From: Phoronis australis
Lineage: Eukaryota; Animalia; Phoronida
DNA: 64,000 bases
Direction: 5' to 3'
NCBI GenBank assembly: GCA_002633005.1
Contig: NMRA01000437.1
Location: 30,330-94,329, forward strand
The notes beneath the pieces were generated by a model, which was not told where the DNA came from, made no database searches, and was given only the letters and a program-made list of their open reading frames with translations. Of the stretch, positions 37,948-51,585 are shown piece after piece; the first letter of the stretch is position 1, and every line of letters starts with the position of its first letter. The position numbers and the translations under genes were made by a program.

Positions 37948-39705
37948 GTAAGTTGATCATCAAGACTGTTGTGTCAAGTGCACGTAAACAGCCCCCTCTC
38001 CCCCCGGGTTTGCGGCATTGTCCCTGTCGCGGTATCCCATATACTTACGACGCTTTTATGCCCCTCCGCCCCTCCTGTCAGCCCACACCTCTCCAGATTG
38101 AACCCAAAGATTATATATGACAGATTCGCAATGTTGAGATGTTTTTGTGTAATTCCTATCAAAACTGCCACTTACATCGCGTGCCAGTCACGGCTGCCGC
38201 TATGTGTTTTTGAGCGTTTAATTCTGGTACTTTTGTACCATCTAGCAGTACTCATTTCAACATTGATAAGTCTCTCATTACCTTCCCTTTATACAATTCT
38301 AGGCGTTGAGTATTTTTGGACATAGTTAAAGAAGTGCGATTGAAAAATTCAATCTGTCGCAACGCACGGACAACCATAGTCAGCAAAATTTAATGTACAT
38401 GTCGGAGCCAAAACAGGCTCACCTGGCAGGCACTGCTTGTGAATAAGGACATTGCATTTGTGTGCAAGATCATAGATCTCTTGCATTAAGAGTATACAAA
38501 TAAGGCAATCATACGGAGAAGGCATTCTATGTACGAATAGTCTGTGTCAACTTAGTGTTTTAAACAAAACTGTTTTAGTTGATACTGTGTCCATCTGTGG
38601 AACACTGAATATGCGGCAGGTCATAGCCTGTTTTGTTAGCAACTGGCCTCAACCCATGCTCCTTGGTGTTGAGGGAGTCCAAAACGGTCCCTCAGGCTTG
38701 TCACCCTCTGGTCTTAACTAAGCCAAGAGTGGACATGGACAGATACAGCAGATCCTGCAATCCCTTAGGCAGCTGTAGTGGGGTCCGCCTCCCTCCCATC
38801 CCTCCACTCTACCGACTTGACCTAAATAAAACCCAGCCAGGATGTCATTTTTGGGTATGCCACAGCACCCTTCATTGTTGGCGTGTACAGTTTTTGTAGT
38901 TGGATGTTGGCCAGCGTCGAGCAATACCTAACCTATGGCCGAGGGAATCGTTTTCGGCGTGTAGTCCTTCATTCTCGAAGAAAAGAGGATTTGTTTCTAA
39001 TTTTCACTTTGCAAGAGTTGCTTTAGAGTGTGGAATGTTAACTCAACATTTTTTGGACAGATAAAGCATAAAAGCTTGGGTTGTTTTTGCAATAAGAACT
39101 TGATAAAAATGTTTTATGAATTCAACAGTGATGTATCAAAGCAACAACGAGTCAAATGATTCCTAAATTTCCCAGGGAAGTAATTGGTAAAATGTTTTTT
39201 GCAAAGCTAGGTGTATTTTGCTGCAGATTCTCAAATCTTTTCACCTGACTCTTGGATGATGAGTGTTCCCTACACAATTTTGCATCGCCGAAATAAATTC
39301 TTGCTTTATCTATTGACTTTTATTAATAATTTTGCAAAATGAAATTTCAATTTTCTGCTCTTGTAATTTCAATGGAAGACAATACTGTATCCTTGCATTA
39401 CTCTACCTGTGTTATTCTCTACAACATTTTTATTTTTTATTTTGCTATTGAATGTTGTTGCCTTAATTCAGACCATGGTATGGAGTCCCCTCCCCCACCC
39501 TCTTGAATTCTTGCCGCCAATCATCCGTTACCATGCTGACTAATGCTGGAACCCCAGATTGTTACCATGAGTTGCGTTGTTTGTTTATTTTACACCAGTT
39601 CACAGTGTGTAGTTTGCAATGTATTGCAGCGTTTTGTTCATGCATTTTATAGGCTGCCTGTATATTACTTTTAATTTCTGACTTGAGTTTGGTAGCTACC
39701 AAGTA

Positions 39706-39740
39706 CACTGCTCACCAAAATATTGGAACAAAATGACTCG
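39706..39740 (+). mobile_element. Possible Tc1-like terminus
   Basis: TA|CACTGCTCACCAAAATATTGGAACA resembles Tc1 TIR starts; no partner end found. Confidence 0.3.
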
Positions 39741-41490
39741 CAGTTTCCAACAAAAGGGGCTGACCACAACTGAAGTGCCCCCCCTCCCTTGGGGCAAGCA
39801 GAATTCCTTGCTGGAGTACAAAAATCAACGAATTTTGTTAATAGTTATCTACCTAGTTTGTCAAAGTTGTAGTAAAACCGAGAGGAAAACTAAACAGAAA
39901 ATATTTGAGATAAGGGAATGTTTTGGCTCCAAAAATTTACCGATGTTTTGACGAGAACAGATTTCATCGTGCTTTTTTACAACTTTTATCTGCAATGAAA
40001 ATGAAACTGAATTTTGTCTGATAAGTTTTGGTTTGCACTGTACTATGGCACCTGACTAGACCTGCACTTAAGGCACCGTGTAGCTTTGAAAGAGCATACA
40101 GCTGTTAAGTATTAGAGGAAAATGAAACAGTAGCCTATTGCATCCTGTGCACAAAAATTGTTAACGAGCCTCCCTTTTCTTGACAAGAACGCCCAGTTAC
40201 ATTGCATTTGTTGTAACAAGCAAACTAGTCGAAATTGTAAAGGGGCCCCCTGCGTTGTTAGAAGTAATAAACCTTTTTGGGAAGTTGGTGTGGAAATGCT
40301 ATATTGCCGTCTGGGCTACTTTGGCTTGTTCTATTTGGTCATTGTTTCAGCATTAAGTGTGAGTGGCAGATAAATCAAATTTCTGTTGTTACATTTTGAG
40401 CTGTGTTGGACAAATATGTTTGGGACCTCCTAGCGCATTTTAGCTTGAATTTTATCCAACTGCCCACCAGATGTTTCGAAGGCATTCTGTGCCCAGTTGC
40501 ATAAAGTTAACTGAATTTTCAGCGCATTTGTGTACTTTGTGCAAACACTGATTGCACGTTTTCTGCTATTTTACCGTATCTGCATTCCACCATCAAATTT
40601 TGACTTTGATTCACTGTATTTAATTTTTATTATAGTTATTCAAAATAAAGAGGGACCTTTTTGTGCAACTTCCCTGACTTGGGGACCAAGCCTTCATTTT
40701 CATTGAATTAAGGGTTGAGATTTCGGATATATTAATAGTAAAAGATGAGCTCACAAATGCACTGAAAGTTTAGGGAACATAATTTAGTTCACTGGCACTG
40801 GTTACCAAAACAGAACAAAATATTTGGCCCTCAATTACTCGGGCGACATAATACGAATTAATTTTCAAAATTCCACACAAGACTATATAAGATTCAATTT
40901 CCGCTTTCTTGAACCCAGATGTTGAACTCACGTGTGGGCACTGTAGACTGTCTTCTTGGCGAAATTTTATAAGCGATAAGTTTTCTGTCTCATTTTCAAA
41001 CTTTAAGAAGTTACAGCTATTACCCATTTAGTATTCCGTATCAGTATTCACCATAACTTGGTGACATTTGTCAATGTACATGCTACACTATCTCCTAGTG
41101 AAGTCCCGAGTGACAACCTGTATGACTGCAGCGAGAGTGACCTGAACTCGACCAGAATTAATTTTACAATGCTGCTGGTGTGTTAATCAAAACTGCCAGG
41201 CGTTCCAGACAGCGATCTTAGAGAATAAAGTAACTGGTACTCGCATTTAAGTAGCTGCAAGTCTGACAGTTGGATTTTTATTTTCTTGTATCCACTATAC
41301 TGACCTTTACTTGTAGCATCTATAACTGTACATGTGGGCACCTTTTACTGCTACTGAAAAAGTACCACTGTATTTCTGATATACCAGCAGCCTATTCTAT
41401 TTAATATTTTGTTATATTTTGTCCTGTCCTAGTGACAGCAAGTTCATCTTTTTATTGATCTGTATCCGAGAATGGTTTGTGTACTTTCAG

Positions 41491-41619
41491 CCGCGCTCAA
41501 AAAACGTCGAAGGTTTAGTATACGCAGACTTAGCCCTGGACGATACGCCCCGAAGCAGGAAACCAATTCAGGCGTACGAGCTCACTGGCACAGAGTATGC
41601 CGAAATTATGCGAAAGTAG
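41491..41619 (+). CDS. Ig receptor terminal exon with ITIM and ITSM
   Basis: tactttcag acceptor, phase 0; PRSKNVEGLVYADLALDDTPRSRKPIQAYELTGTEYAEIMRK*. Confidence 0.88.
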   Translation, partial: PRSKNVEGLVYADLALDDTPRSRKPIQAYELTGTEYAEIMRK

Positions 41620-44600
41620 TGAAGGCAGAACAGTTGTTTAGTTATCTTGTCTGGAAGGAAATTTCAATTTGGCGTTTGCTTGCCTCTACACATGTTTGCT
41701 TTAGAGTGCTTTAATGTAACACGTATGTGATTTAATGCAACGTAATGCTTTCAATTGAAACCCTCTAACTTTTTCAGATTCTGAGGCTTGATATTTTGAT
41801 TGTATATTTTTGTACAGTGGTAAGGTAATGGTAGTTAGTTTACCCGCCACTTGGTGGCAGGAGTTGGTCTAAGTTTCTCTGTACGAATACTAAGAGTATA
41901 TACTAGATAGGTTTTGCAAATGTGAACTTACATTTTTTTAGCATATACTAAACTAAGGCGCTCAATTTAAATTTTCTCTAGTAGTTGATAATAGTTCCTT
42001 CAAAGAGGCTTGAACTGAACCAAACTTAAGAAATGTTTATGTATCAAAATGGGATTCCCTGTCTTTGAGTTTTCTCTATTTTTCTATGGCGATTGCCACA
42101 GTGAAGGTCTCACTAACTGTATCGGTCATGCAATTTGATTCACAATGTCGTAACTTACTACGGTGTAAAAACAGGTTTAGATTCAACGGCGTTGTTCAAT
42201 TTGTTTCCCAATACCCATCATGCTCCAACTGTTAAAACGTTTGCCAAGTTAAGATTTTCTGATGTGCAGCCAGCAGGGCAGCAATCAATCCGTTAGTTCG
42301 TTATGGTTGTTTTTAAAATTTACTGACGCGGATTTTTGACCAGATCGTGTTCAGAAATACGGTTTCTGTCCATGTGTCTACCACAAGTGAATTGTGAGCA
42401 TTCTGTTATACACATAGTTAGTAGTTAGATATAGCTTTAGAGACCTCTAATGAGTTGTACAACTCGATGCTTTGTGGAGATTTGATTTAAGTTTCATTCC
42501 ATGCGTTTAGGCTCCTTGCAATAACCTTTTGGGTCAGAATTGTCAGAATTTGTTGTCGCACTCTAATCGGACTTTCGGTAGCTATTGTCTTTTTAATTTA
42601 TGCTTAATCACTTTAATGCATTGAATATGTGTATATTTTGTTTGATTTGTGTAGCACGTGCAACATGTTTTAGTCACCTCAAAGAGATTCATTGTTTCTT
42701 AAATAACAACAGTTTCATGCTTCAGTAGTCAGAGTTTGTTTGGTTTTCCATAGGTGGATGTGGTTAAACTAAAAGTTCTGTAAATGTCATGTTATTGGTA
42801 GTGAAATGCCTACTAACCCCACCTGTTATGAAGATAATGTTAGCATGTGATAATAGATGGATTTAACATTTGTGTGTGATCAATCTCTTCAAAGGAACTT
42901 AGGTATAAAAATTCAGCCAGCTCAAGCTTTCAATATACAGAACTATAATGATAATTATAATGTTTATGTTATCGTGAGTTGTGTGCAGTGGCTGTTGGTG
43001 TTGCTCTCTGTTCTTTTCCTCGGTGTGTGGAACCACCCGGAGTGCCACAGTATAAATGGAAGGGCTGTTATGGGTTCGCATTTAGTGTGAAGGAGTTTGA
43101 AGTTATTATTTGCCTGTTAACTTCCACTGGACTTAAAAATATCTGCGTTTTGTGTGCCTTAATTAGACTTTGTGTTCTTAATTGTGTTAACGCCTGGATA
43201 CATATCTATTCTTTCTCGTTAAGCTTTTGTATTTGTATGCAGTACAATAAAATTATAGATGTCTTATACTGGTGTTTTAAGCATTTCAAGCATTTCACAT
43301 TCTGTTCCAGAGCGATTGTGCATATTTGACATTTAGTGAATGTACACAAGCTGTAGACAAGTGGACATGTTTGCAGTACTTTGATGGCTCTGGAATGTTG
43401 CCACCTTTTCCTGACATTTTGGGTTCAGTGTATGTACTCCAACTGAGTTACTTTTCAGACAACACATCTTGGAGGGAGCAGTTTGTGAAATAGCATGTCA
43501 CATTTGTTCAGTTCTAGTATGATAGTATGCCATTTGCCATATGTATAGCATTCATTTGCGAATGATGCAAGCAATTAGATATTATCAAAGGGACATTTAT
43601 TAGTTTGGCAATTAAAAAATACACTTTTGGAATTAGGTAGTTTTCCTCAAGTCGCACATTAGCTTTGGTCAGAGCTACAAAGTATTAAATTTTCTTTTTG
43701 TGCCAAACATTCCCTGAAATCAAAGCCTGTTACTTTGCTCAACTTTCACTGTCATTTATCAGGTGGACTTTATCGCCACCAGCAGAACTGCAAGCACAGG
43801 GGGGGGNATTTCTCGCTGATGTATGTTTAGCAAGATGTTATTTGAACACGCCTTTGGACAAAATGTTTACCTGCGTACTGCGTGGAGTTCATAAAATGCT
43901 TTGTAATATTAAAACATTTAATTTCACAAATGTACAAATATGATTACATCACAATGATTACAGGTAATAGGTAACATTATTATTCACTTGTAACAGTCAA
44001 CACATATACCATAATATAATGTGAAGTGACTGTACATCTTGTGCCATACTCATTAAACAACACCCCATTTCCTGTCTCGGGATCATGATATCACAGTTTA
44101 ACTTGGCCTCGCCCTCTGCTTACACAAATCATGATCTTGTACACACACTGCAGATTACTGGCTAAAAAGTTAGCTATAAAAAGAACAAAATGTATATTTA
44201 ACTTAAGGGAAATTGATCAAGCACTGTTCTTTATTGATCTTAAATGCTAAATTTAGAATATCCTGTTCACTCGGATAACCTGCGAATGTCTTCATGATGA
44301 AAAAATAGCAAAGCCCAAGTAAATTATGGGATGACTGAAGAACATTCCAGCAGCATTAAATCCACATTCAGCACAAGAAACAACTTGAATTAATGCACTT
44401 AACTCAATCTTTACTCACAAGAGGGCATTTCCAGGTTTTCTAAGAGCTCAATTATTCCCCAAGACCGCCCTCGATGCATGAAATGATGTGATGCAACAAG
44501 CCACTTGCAGAGCCACGTCTGGAGTAACAACCAACTGTCACTTCTGTCAACGCCCTGACATCCAACTTAAGGAACAATTTGAGGCTGATAAGTGTGCTAA

Positions 44601-47600
44601 ATCAAAGGTTGCATTGTGATGGAAGGTGGGTTTGTTGCTGCTTCAATAACACTAGTGAACTCTAAAGGGGACTATTTTAAATGTAATTGCACAGGCTCTT
44701 CATTTTTCATTATGGCCACAAAAACAGTTTAGTAAATTACATTAGCCAGTTGGAATATAGAACTGCCACATGACCTTGTGCTATCACACAACATGCTACA
44801 CGATGGACATTTCCTGTCCCCAATGCCACTTGGGCACAACTAGCTAATGTGTGGATACGCAACAAATTTATACAAAGATGATGTAAAACTTTAAAATGCA
44901 CAATAGCGTTTTGATGAACCAAATTCCTCGTCCATTTTCACCAGCTCTACAATGATACAGTGCTGGAAATTTTGTCACTGATGAGGGTTTCATCAGAAAA
45001 ACTGGCCAGAGACAGAAAAAAAAGTCTTTACCGAAACTTGTGGCATGTTGCCATACTCATTCAACACACAGGCCGCATAAATAGGCCCATCCTCACCAGT
45101 CCTTTTCTTTAATGGAAGTATAAAAATATATTCTGCACCATACCTTTGCTAAATGTCATGCACTACCAATTTTGATTAACAAGAGAAGCAAATCAACGGC
45201 TGATACATAATTGCCCTTTCTGTTAATCCCACAAGTTTCCCTGCGTTACCATTACGAGTTACAAAACAGGACAGATCATGGTCACTAGAACATTTGATGG
45301 GGGAAGAAGCAGGACACTTAGTGATTGACAATTACGATGCATCGTGGGTAAATACCTATGACTGCGGTGCAGTGCATTTGATCAATTCTTGAACCGAGAC
45401 TAGAGCAAGGTTGTTTGTAAACCACTTCAGTGTGTCAATAAAATAACATCAAATCAGCTATGCTGGATACCGGAAAGCAGTGGTGTCCGGAACATAACTC
45501 AGCTTAGGCTGAATATATCGAAAGTAAATGAAAATGCTAATCACAATAGTAAGGTTTCACAACAGTCATAGACAAATTCGGAAACGTGAAGTATATTTAA
45601 GATTACGTGACTTCTTAACTGGCCATTCGCCAGCCTGAGGACGCTAATGTCTGCCGCCACAGCTTGGAGTACCATGTACTGTGGGACACACTATGAGTTT
45701 GTGCCAAGCTCAAAGTCTTGTCTCAAAATATCAGTTTTCCACAGAGATAAGTGAATGCATGACGTACTTACTAGGCGAATAATCCTGCAACTACAAGAAA
45801 AAGGCCAACTTTCCAACAAATTTATTTCCCTACCCACATTTCTGCAATAATAATCAATAAAGTACAATTAAAACAACTATCAATAATACAAATATTGTAA
45901 ACGATCATTTAATTGTTAACAAATTGCAGCTCTTTTCCGAACTGACAGATATACACATATATATAAATATCCTGGAAAATACCACACAGCCAAGTGTTAA
46001 AAATCAACCTTTGAAATAACCAAGTAATATCACCATAAATCAGTCCTACAAGACATCGGATTAAACTAAACTGTAATTGTAAAACTACGAGGTATGTATC
46101 TCATAATTTTCTACAGCTTGGGGACATACACAACATCATACATAACACGATAAAAATGACAGATGAAATTACCGTGGATCTAACATACACATTCCTACTT
46201 GATGATCATTCTTAGAAACTGAATTAATCAATGACTATGTACATCTTAATCCAGTGACTCTGGTTGGCACACCAGCCATTGGCCACCTCAAATGTTCTAA
46301 TGAAGAGAAGTCTGGAGGTCCCGGGTTTGAGTACTGACATATACTCATTAGGTCACGTAATGTGGCCAATAGGTGGCGTGCGGAATAGACTTCAAATGTT
46401 TGCGATCAATGATGGATTATCAAAATCATGGTCGATGATGAAAATCTGTGCTTTCTGCACAGAATTTGTCACAAATCAACTCTATGAATGCTATCTAAAT
46501 TAAGTTTGATAATTACCTTCAGATAAGCTGTCACAAAAGACATGACACAAGTAGCTGTGAAACACATCATAATTAAAGATCATGATAAAAATCCCACACA
46601 TCACCATCATTGAAAACTGAAGAAGTTACGTTCGTGTTCTGGGGTGGAACATTGGTTTTGTCCATGCAAGTTAATGTTCATAATTACACAATCATTACAA
46701 AACCATGCACTGAATTAGTATATTGGTTGCTTTAAAAACTTCACTGTCGTTACCTTGATTTAGTCTAGTTGGAAAAAAGTTATTGATTTTGGTTTGACCT
46801 TAATAAATTAGTGTTACACGCATGTAGGTGATCAATATGAAACGAATTTCCATATATATTCAATTTGCCTATAGCCCGACATATTTAGCAAAACACCAAA
46901 AGTAATCAAACAAGGAAGGAAACATGACAACATTTGAGAACCACATTACAAAAAGTGAAATTCAGAGTTAATCTCCCCTATTTCGGGCAAAAATAATTGC
47001 CAAAAGATGCACTTTTTCATTTTTCAAGGGCGTCAAACATTGTTGCAAATGCAAACACTTTTTCAAAATGGCATCTGTAGACAGATATGGTACAGCACTT
47101 GGATATAGCTATGTATCATTCTGGTTCTGAAATTCATCGAATCTATGAAACCACGGGAAAATGAAATTTCACCTGCTCATCATACTTTGTCCTAACTTGA
47201 AGAGATTTTACTATGATAGTAAACAATGCCTATTAGTCTAATCTATAAAAATTTATAGATTTGCATGTGGTCGTGCATATGAAAAATGTAAACAAAATAC
47301 ACACTGTGGAGAGATGGCATTCTAGTCCATCAACAAATAATCAGTAATGGACATTTACTGGGGACAACCATAATAAAATTGAGGTAATTACTGGAAAACC
47401 CAACAGGATAACTTTATACAACCATAATGCTGTCAAGGGTACAGTTACTAGCACACAAATAGCCTAGCCAACAGCTAAAAACCATAATACAAAAAACACA
47501 CTTGAGCGACAAAATAATATAATCCATGCGCAGTACAAGGCATAGCAAGACCATTGCACAGTGTGGTCAAATGAGCCCAACAGTGGTCTATTTCATGAAA

Positions 47601-48468
47601 AGTGATTTAAGACTCAAGATAGAAATTTAGTAATGCACCCCCACTTTACAACCCTTTATTCACGATTTAGCCAAATGTAATTATCAGCTCATCAGCCTGG
47701 AAATAATTTATACAGAACCAGAAGTTATGAGTATATTCTCAGAGGCTCAGCACTTTTAATGGTTTAACTAATTTTCAGAAGTAGTGGTGAGGAGTATCCG
47801 AATAGATTTTTTACAAGTTACGTATTGAGTACTCTTTATGAAACATAAGGCCAAAAAAGGCGACCGACATCATTGTGGAGATTCGTTAAACATAGTTCCC
47901 ACACCTACAGTGCGATTTCATTTTTTCAAGAATGTTCCAGGACAATTTTTCCTTTCTCAGTTGTTTTACCCACAAACAAACGATGGCTGAATGGTAACTA
48001 TTGTTAACGACTATCACCAACCATAACCGAATGCACGAATTCGCCATATGAATCACTGTAAGTCTTATATTTGGAAACTCACTGTGGCCATTTTTGTCAT
48101 TTTCCAAAGTTTTCCACGAGCTGGAAACATTTAATTTCAAGCGACTTGTCAAAGCTATTACCAACTGAGGACTGAAAACCAGGAAAACATGACTGTGAGT
48201 GTGATGAGTCGAGACGTCTCTACTGCAATGTAAGGTCGCTAGGCAAGTACAGGTAGCCTGTGAGGCTAGCTAAATGGACGTAGTAGCTATTAGAGAGCGA
48301 TTGGACAGGAACACTTAAGACATGACTTATGGGTCAGCAGGCCTCTTAAGGCACACCTCATGCTCATAATTTCAATGCATTACAGCCGTAGTGTAACTGG
48401 TAATAAGGGAATGTGCATTATTCATAACCTGAAACACTCTCAGTCTACCGAAAGTTCTGCTGGTTTCT

Positions 48469-48962
48469 CTACTTAGCTCCATACATAGAGTCATAGGAGG
48501 GAGGTGCTGGCAAGTTATCCGTGTTCTGGGATGGTGGAATGACTGTCAATGGAAAGGGCTGTTCAATAGGTGGCGCACTAGGCACTGGTGAGACATTAGA
48601 AGGCGGAGATTTGACATAATCATCATAAGTGGGCGGTGCCCATGAGGTTTCACTGGCCGTTGGAGCACTCGTAGGCACACTATATGCGTCAGCCCCTGGG
48701 GGCGGAACATAAGATAAACCTGTGACGGAATCGCCAGCTGGTTGGCCGTATGGTGTGGAATAGTCGGTGAACGCGGCAGACGGGTTATATGTCACTGTAG
48801 GTTGTACTGGATAGGGTTGAGCTGTAGAGTTGGCCGTAGGTTGACTCTGCCCACCTGTTGCTGCACTAGTGTCTGCCTGGTGTTTCTTCTTCTTGCAGGA
48901 CGAACAGCAACAGCACAGTATGATTATGCCTACGATGACTCCAACCACAATCCCGACGATGG
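48469..48962 (-). CDS. MAM/CUB receptor terminal exon: TM helix, Cys cluster, Pro-rich tail with PPxY and PSAP
   Basis: gcgtttcag acceptor, phase 1; AIVGIVVGVIVGIIILCCCCSSCKKKK ... APPTYDDY ... PSAPP ... APPSYDSMYGAK*. Confidence 0.9.
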
Positions 48963-49101
48963 CTGAAACGCAAACAAGAAGTGTCTGTGACCACCTGCCA
49001 TGTGAACCAAAACTTACTGCTTAACCCGCGGCTTTAATATAAAGTCAGGTGCCGTGTTGAGATCATTAAATGTTTTACCTACTAGTAAGATGGTTTTATT
49101 T

Positions 49102-49430
49102 AGGGCTGTTCCAGTAAAATCTGTATGGGAGGGGGGAAGGCACTTTTTTTCGCATCCACAACCCATATTTTTCATTTATTTCTTCAGCCCACCACCTGTA
49201 ATTTTTTATATGTTTGAAATGCAACCACACATATTTTTTGTTGGTCTTGTGGTTGACTGCACAGGCGCTTGAGTTTATCTGTTCCTTGATCACCAATGAC
49301 GTCATTCATTACTAAGAAAACAAGTATGACCACCAGGCATTTTGAATTTAAATCACACACAACCACCCATAATTTTTTATTTCAATTGCCTCTTTCCCCC
49401 CTACCACACGGATTTTACTGGAACAGCCCT
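49102..49430. mobile_element. MITE, PIF/Harbinger-like
   Basis: Perfect 20-bp TIR AGGGCTGTTCCAGTAAAATC / GATTTTACTGGAACAGCCCT with TTT/TTA flanks; 329 bp, non-coding. Confidence 0.8.
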
Positions 49431-50035
49431 TTAGATTTCTACATACACACAGTTCTCTAAAGTGGTTTGGGTAGATCGCTACGGGAGAGTATGAATTGCA
49501 ATCAACTTTACTTTGCGGCAATGTTTGGTCTGCCTTCACTAAGTTGTAAAAAAGACAATCTTTCCTACATAGTACTGGAGGTTCCCGCAGACCGGCTCAA
49601 CCAAACGCCCAGTCAGTGCATAAGAGGACAACATTCTGCAGATGCACCCAGGCAGTACATTCGGGAAAAATACATTATGCAAGGTTGAACCTAACTTTAC
49701 GCAGTTTCACAGCAAATGGACACCAAATGGACTTATGTTTCAAGATTTCTCTAACATATGTCAAATAGAAATAAAGGAAAACGTCCTGGGGACATGCCCA
49801 TAAACGAGTCTCCTGCAGCATTGAAACATTCCTCACTTCCATACATGCCCTACGTAATACTGAGATTTGACTTTCAGACATTAAACTAATATTTTCCAGA
49901 AGTAGGTCTTGTATGGTCCTGTCTGCAGACAACTCCTATGACATATACAGTCTTGGCTTCAATCTAGATGATTATACTAACAGCAATACACGTGCAACAG
50001 CATGCGTAATACTTTAATAAAATAAAACCATTTAC

Positions 50036-50276
50036 CCCCAGTGCTCAGTGGTAAGTTGTATTCTGGATCCGGAGCATTGTTGGTCTGAGGCAATGAGCCA
50101 CCATCTTTTCCCAGTCTGTGCCAGTACAGTGTGAAGCCCTTGTAAGTAACAGATGCAGACGAAGTGAAGGTCAGCAGTACGTGATGGCTTTGAGTATCCA
50201 GGTCATTGCTGTTCTTCGTTCCAGTACCGGTGTATGCAGTGATGAGAATCTTCTTTCCATATTGCAAATCAAAAAC
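50036..50276 (-). CDS. MAM/CUB receptor exon: second half of CUB and stalk
   Basis: ttgcag acceptor, G|gtaaat donor, phase 0-1; VFDLQYG...AYTG...HHVLLTFTSSASVTYKGFTLYW...YNLPLSTG. Confidence 0.88.
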
Positions 50277-51585
50277 CTGCAACCAACCAAAGACTGAAAT
50301 TAGGACATTTTAAATTGCAACCTGCCCGTAACAGAGGCATGAAAATAAGCGAGCAAACCAAAGTGCTCCACACCCTATATCAAGACCTTAGATCAGATTT
50401 TCTGATAAACAGGCCTCATGATGACAGCGGGACTTACACAAATGCATTGGAAAAATACAAAGTGCCACGGAAAGGACGGAGTTCGTAATGCCTGATCCTT
50501 CATTTTCAAATTCAGTCAACAATGATACGAAACGAAAAAATGTGTAAAGTCAAACTCAAGATCACAAAGTGCTGCCATAGCGTTTGTTTACTTCGTAGTC
50601 ACTGCTCTGTTGTATAAGACCTCTATGCAGCTGCCATGCTCTAAAAGATCCAACTTCCATCTTATTATTTTGCTGCATATTTCCGTGATGTGAACATAAC
50701 AGTGACACACTAAGGACAACCCAAAATGTAACTGTGAAAGTAAGTACCAGACAGTATAGTAGGCTAACTACTACCTCAGATCATTGAATGAGTTTCAGTA
50801 CCTGAATATTAACCAAAAATTAGGGCGCACGTCAATGGATGTTTTTGGTATGTGTGGCACTTACAGTTCAAAACTGACAAACATTCAAATCTTAACATGA
50901 ACTCTTCCAAGGTTGCACTGAGGAAGTAATGTCAGGTATACCAGCGGAGGGTCCCTTAGATGCCATTGTATTTTTTCAGGACCAGAATACCTGCGAAGCG
51001 GTGCATTTTTCGATTGAAATTTTTAAGAAAATATTGGCTTTTTGGGCTGGAAACGTACAAAAGTGTAATCAAACAAAATAAGTCTACAGAAGAGTTGCAC
51101 ATTCAATAAGGTTTACTGCATTAATCGAGGAGTCAGAGCAGCGTTTTTTTTTTTTTAATGCCTCAGGGTTAAAACACTAAAGACATCCTTAAATATATTA
51201 CTGAAAATCAAATAAGTGTTAACTCGTTATCAAATTGGCATTATCAATATCATTCAGATTGTCAAACACTGGTACTCATCCCTAATATCCACTACAACAA
51301 AGGAAAATTACATACCATAGCAGTTTTATAATGCAAGGTTATACTAGCTGTGACTGGCCCAGATGTACAGTATGCATGACATCACATTCATAGTATTTAT
51401 TCCCAGACATGTAAGATTTGGTGCTTCAGGCACAAAAGACGTCAATACATAATAACGTGAAGAAAGCGATCACGTGAGACCATCTTATCCTTTTTTGTGA
51501 TGGAGGGCACGTTTATAGTTGCTTTAACCGGTTAAAAATGTCAATTAACAACAAAGTCAAACGATGAAAAAGAGACCACGCTTAC

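Noticed and set aside
41099-41186. Possible alternative terminal exon EVPSDNLYDCSESD...
   Set aside because: Weak acceptor and a single tyrosine motif; no independent support.
44978-44996. CTGATGA as a hammerhead core
   Set aside because: It pairs with TCATCAG as a simple hairpin and lacks the stem II/GAAA/stem III arrangement.
46255-46345. tRNA-like B-box (GGTCCCGGGTTTGAGT) as a tRNA or SINE
   Set aside because: No cloverleaf or clear A-box spacing, and no second copy in the window.
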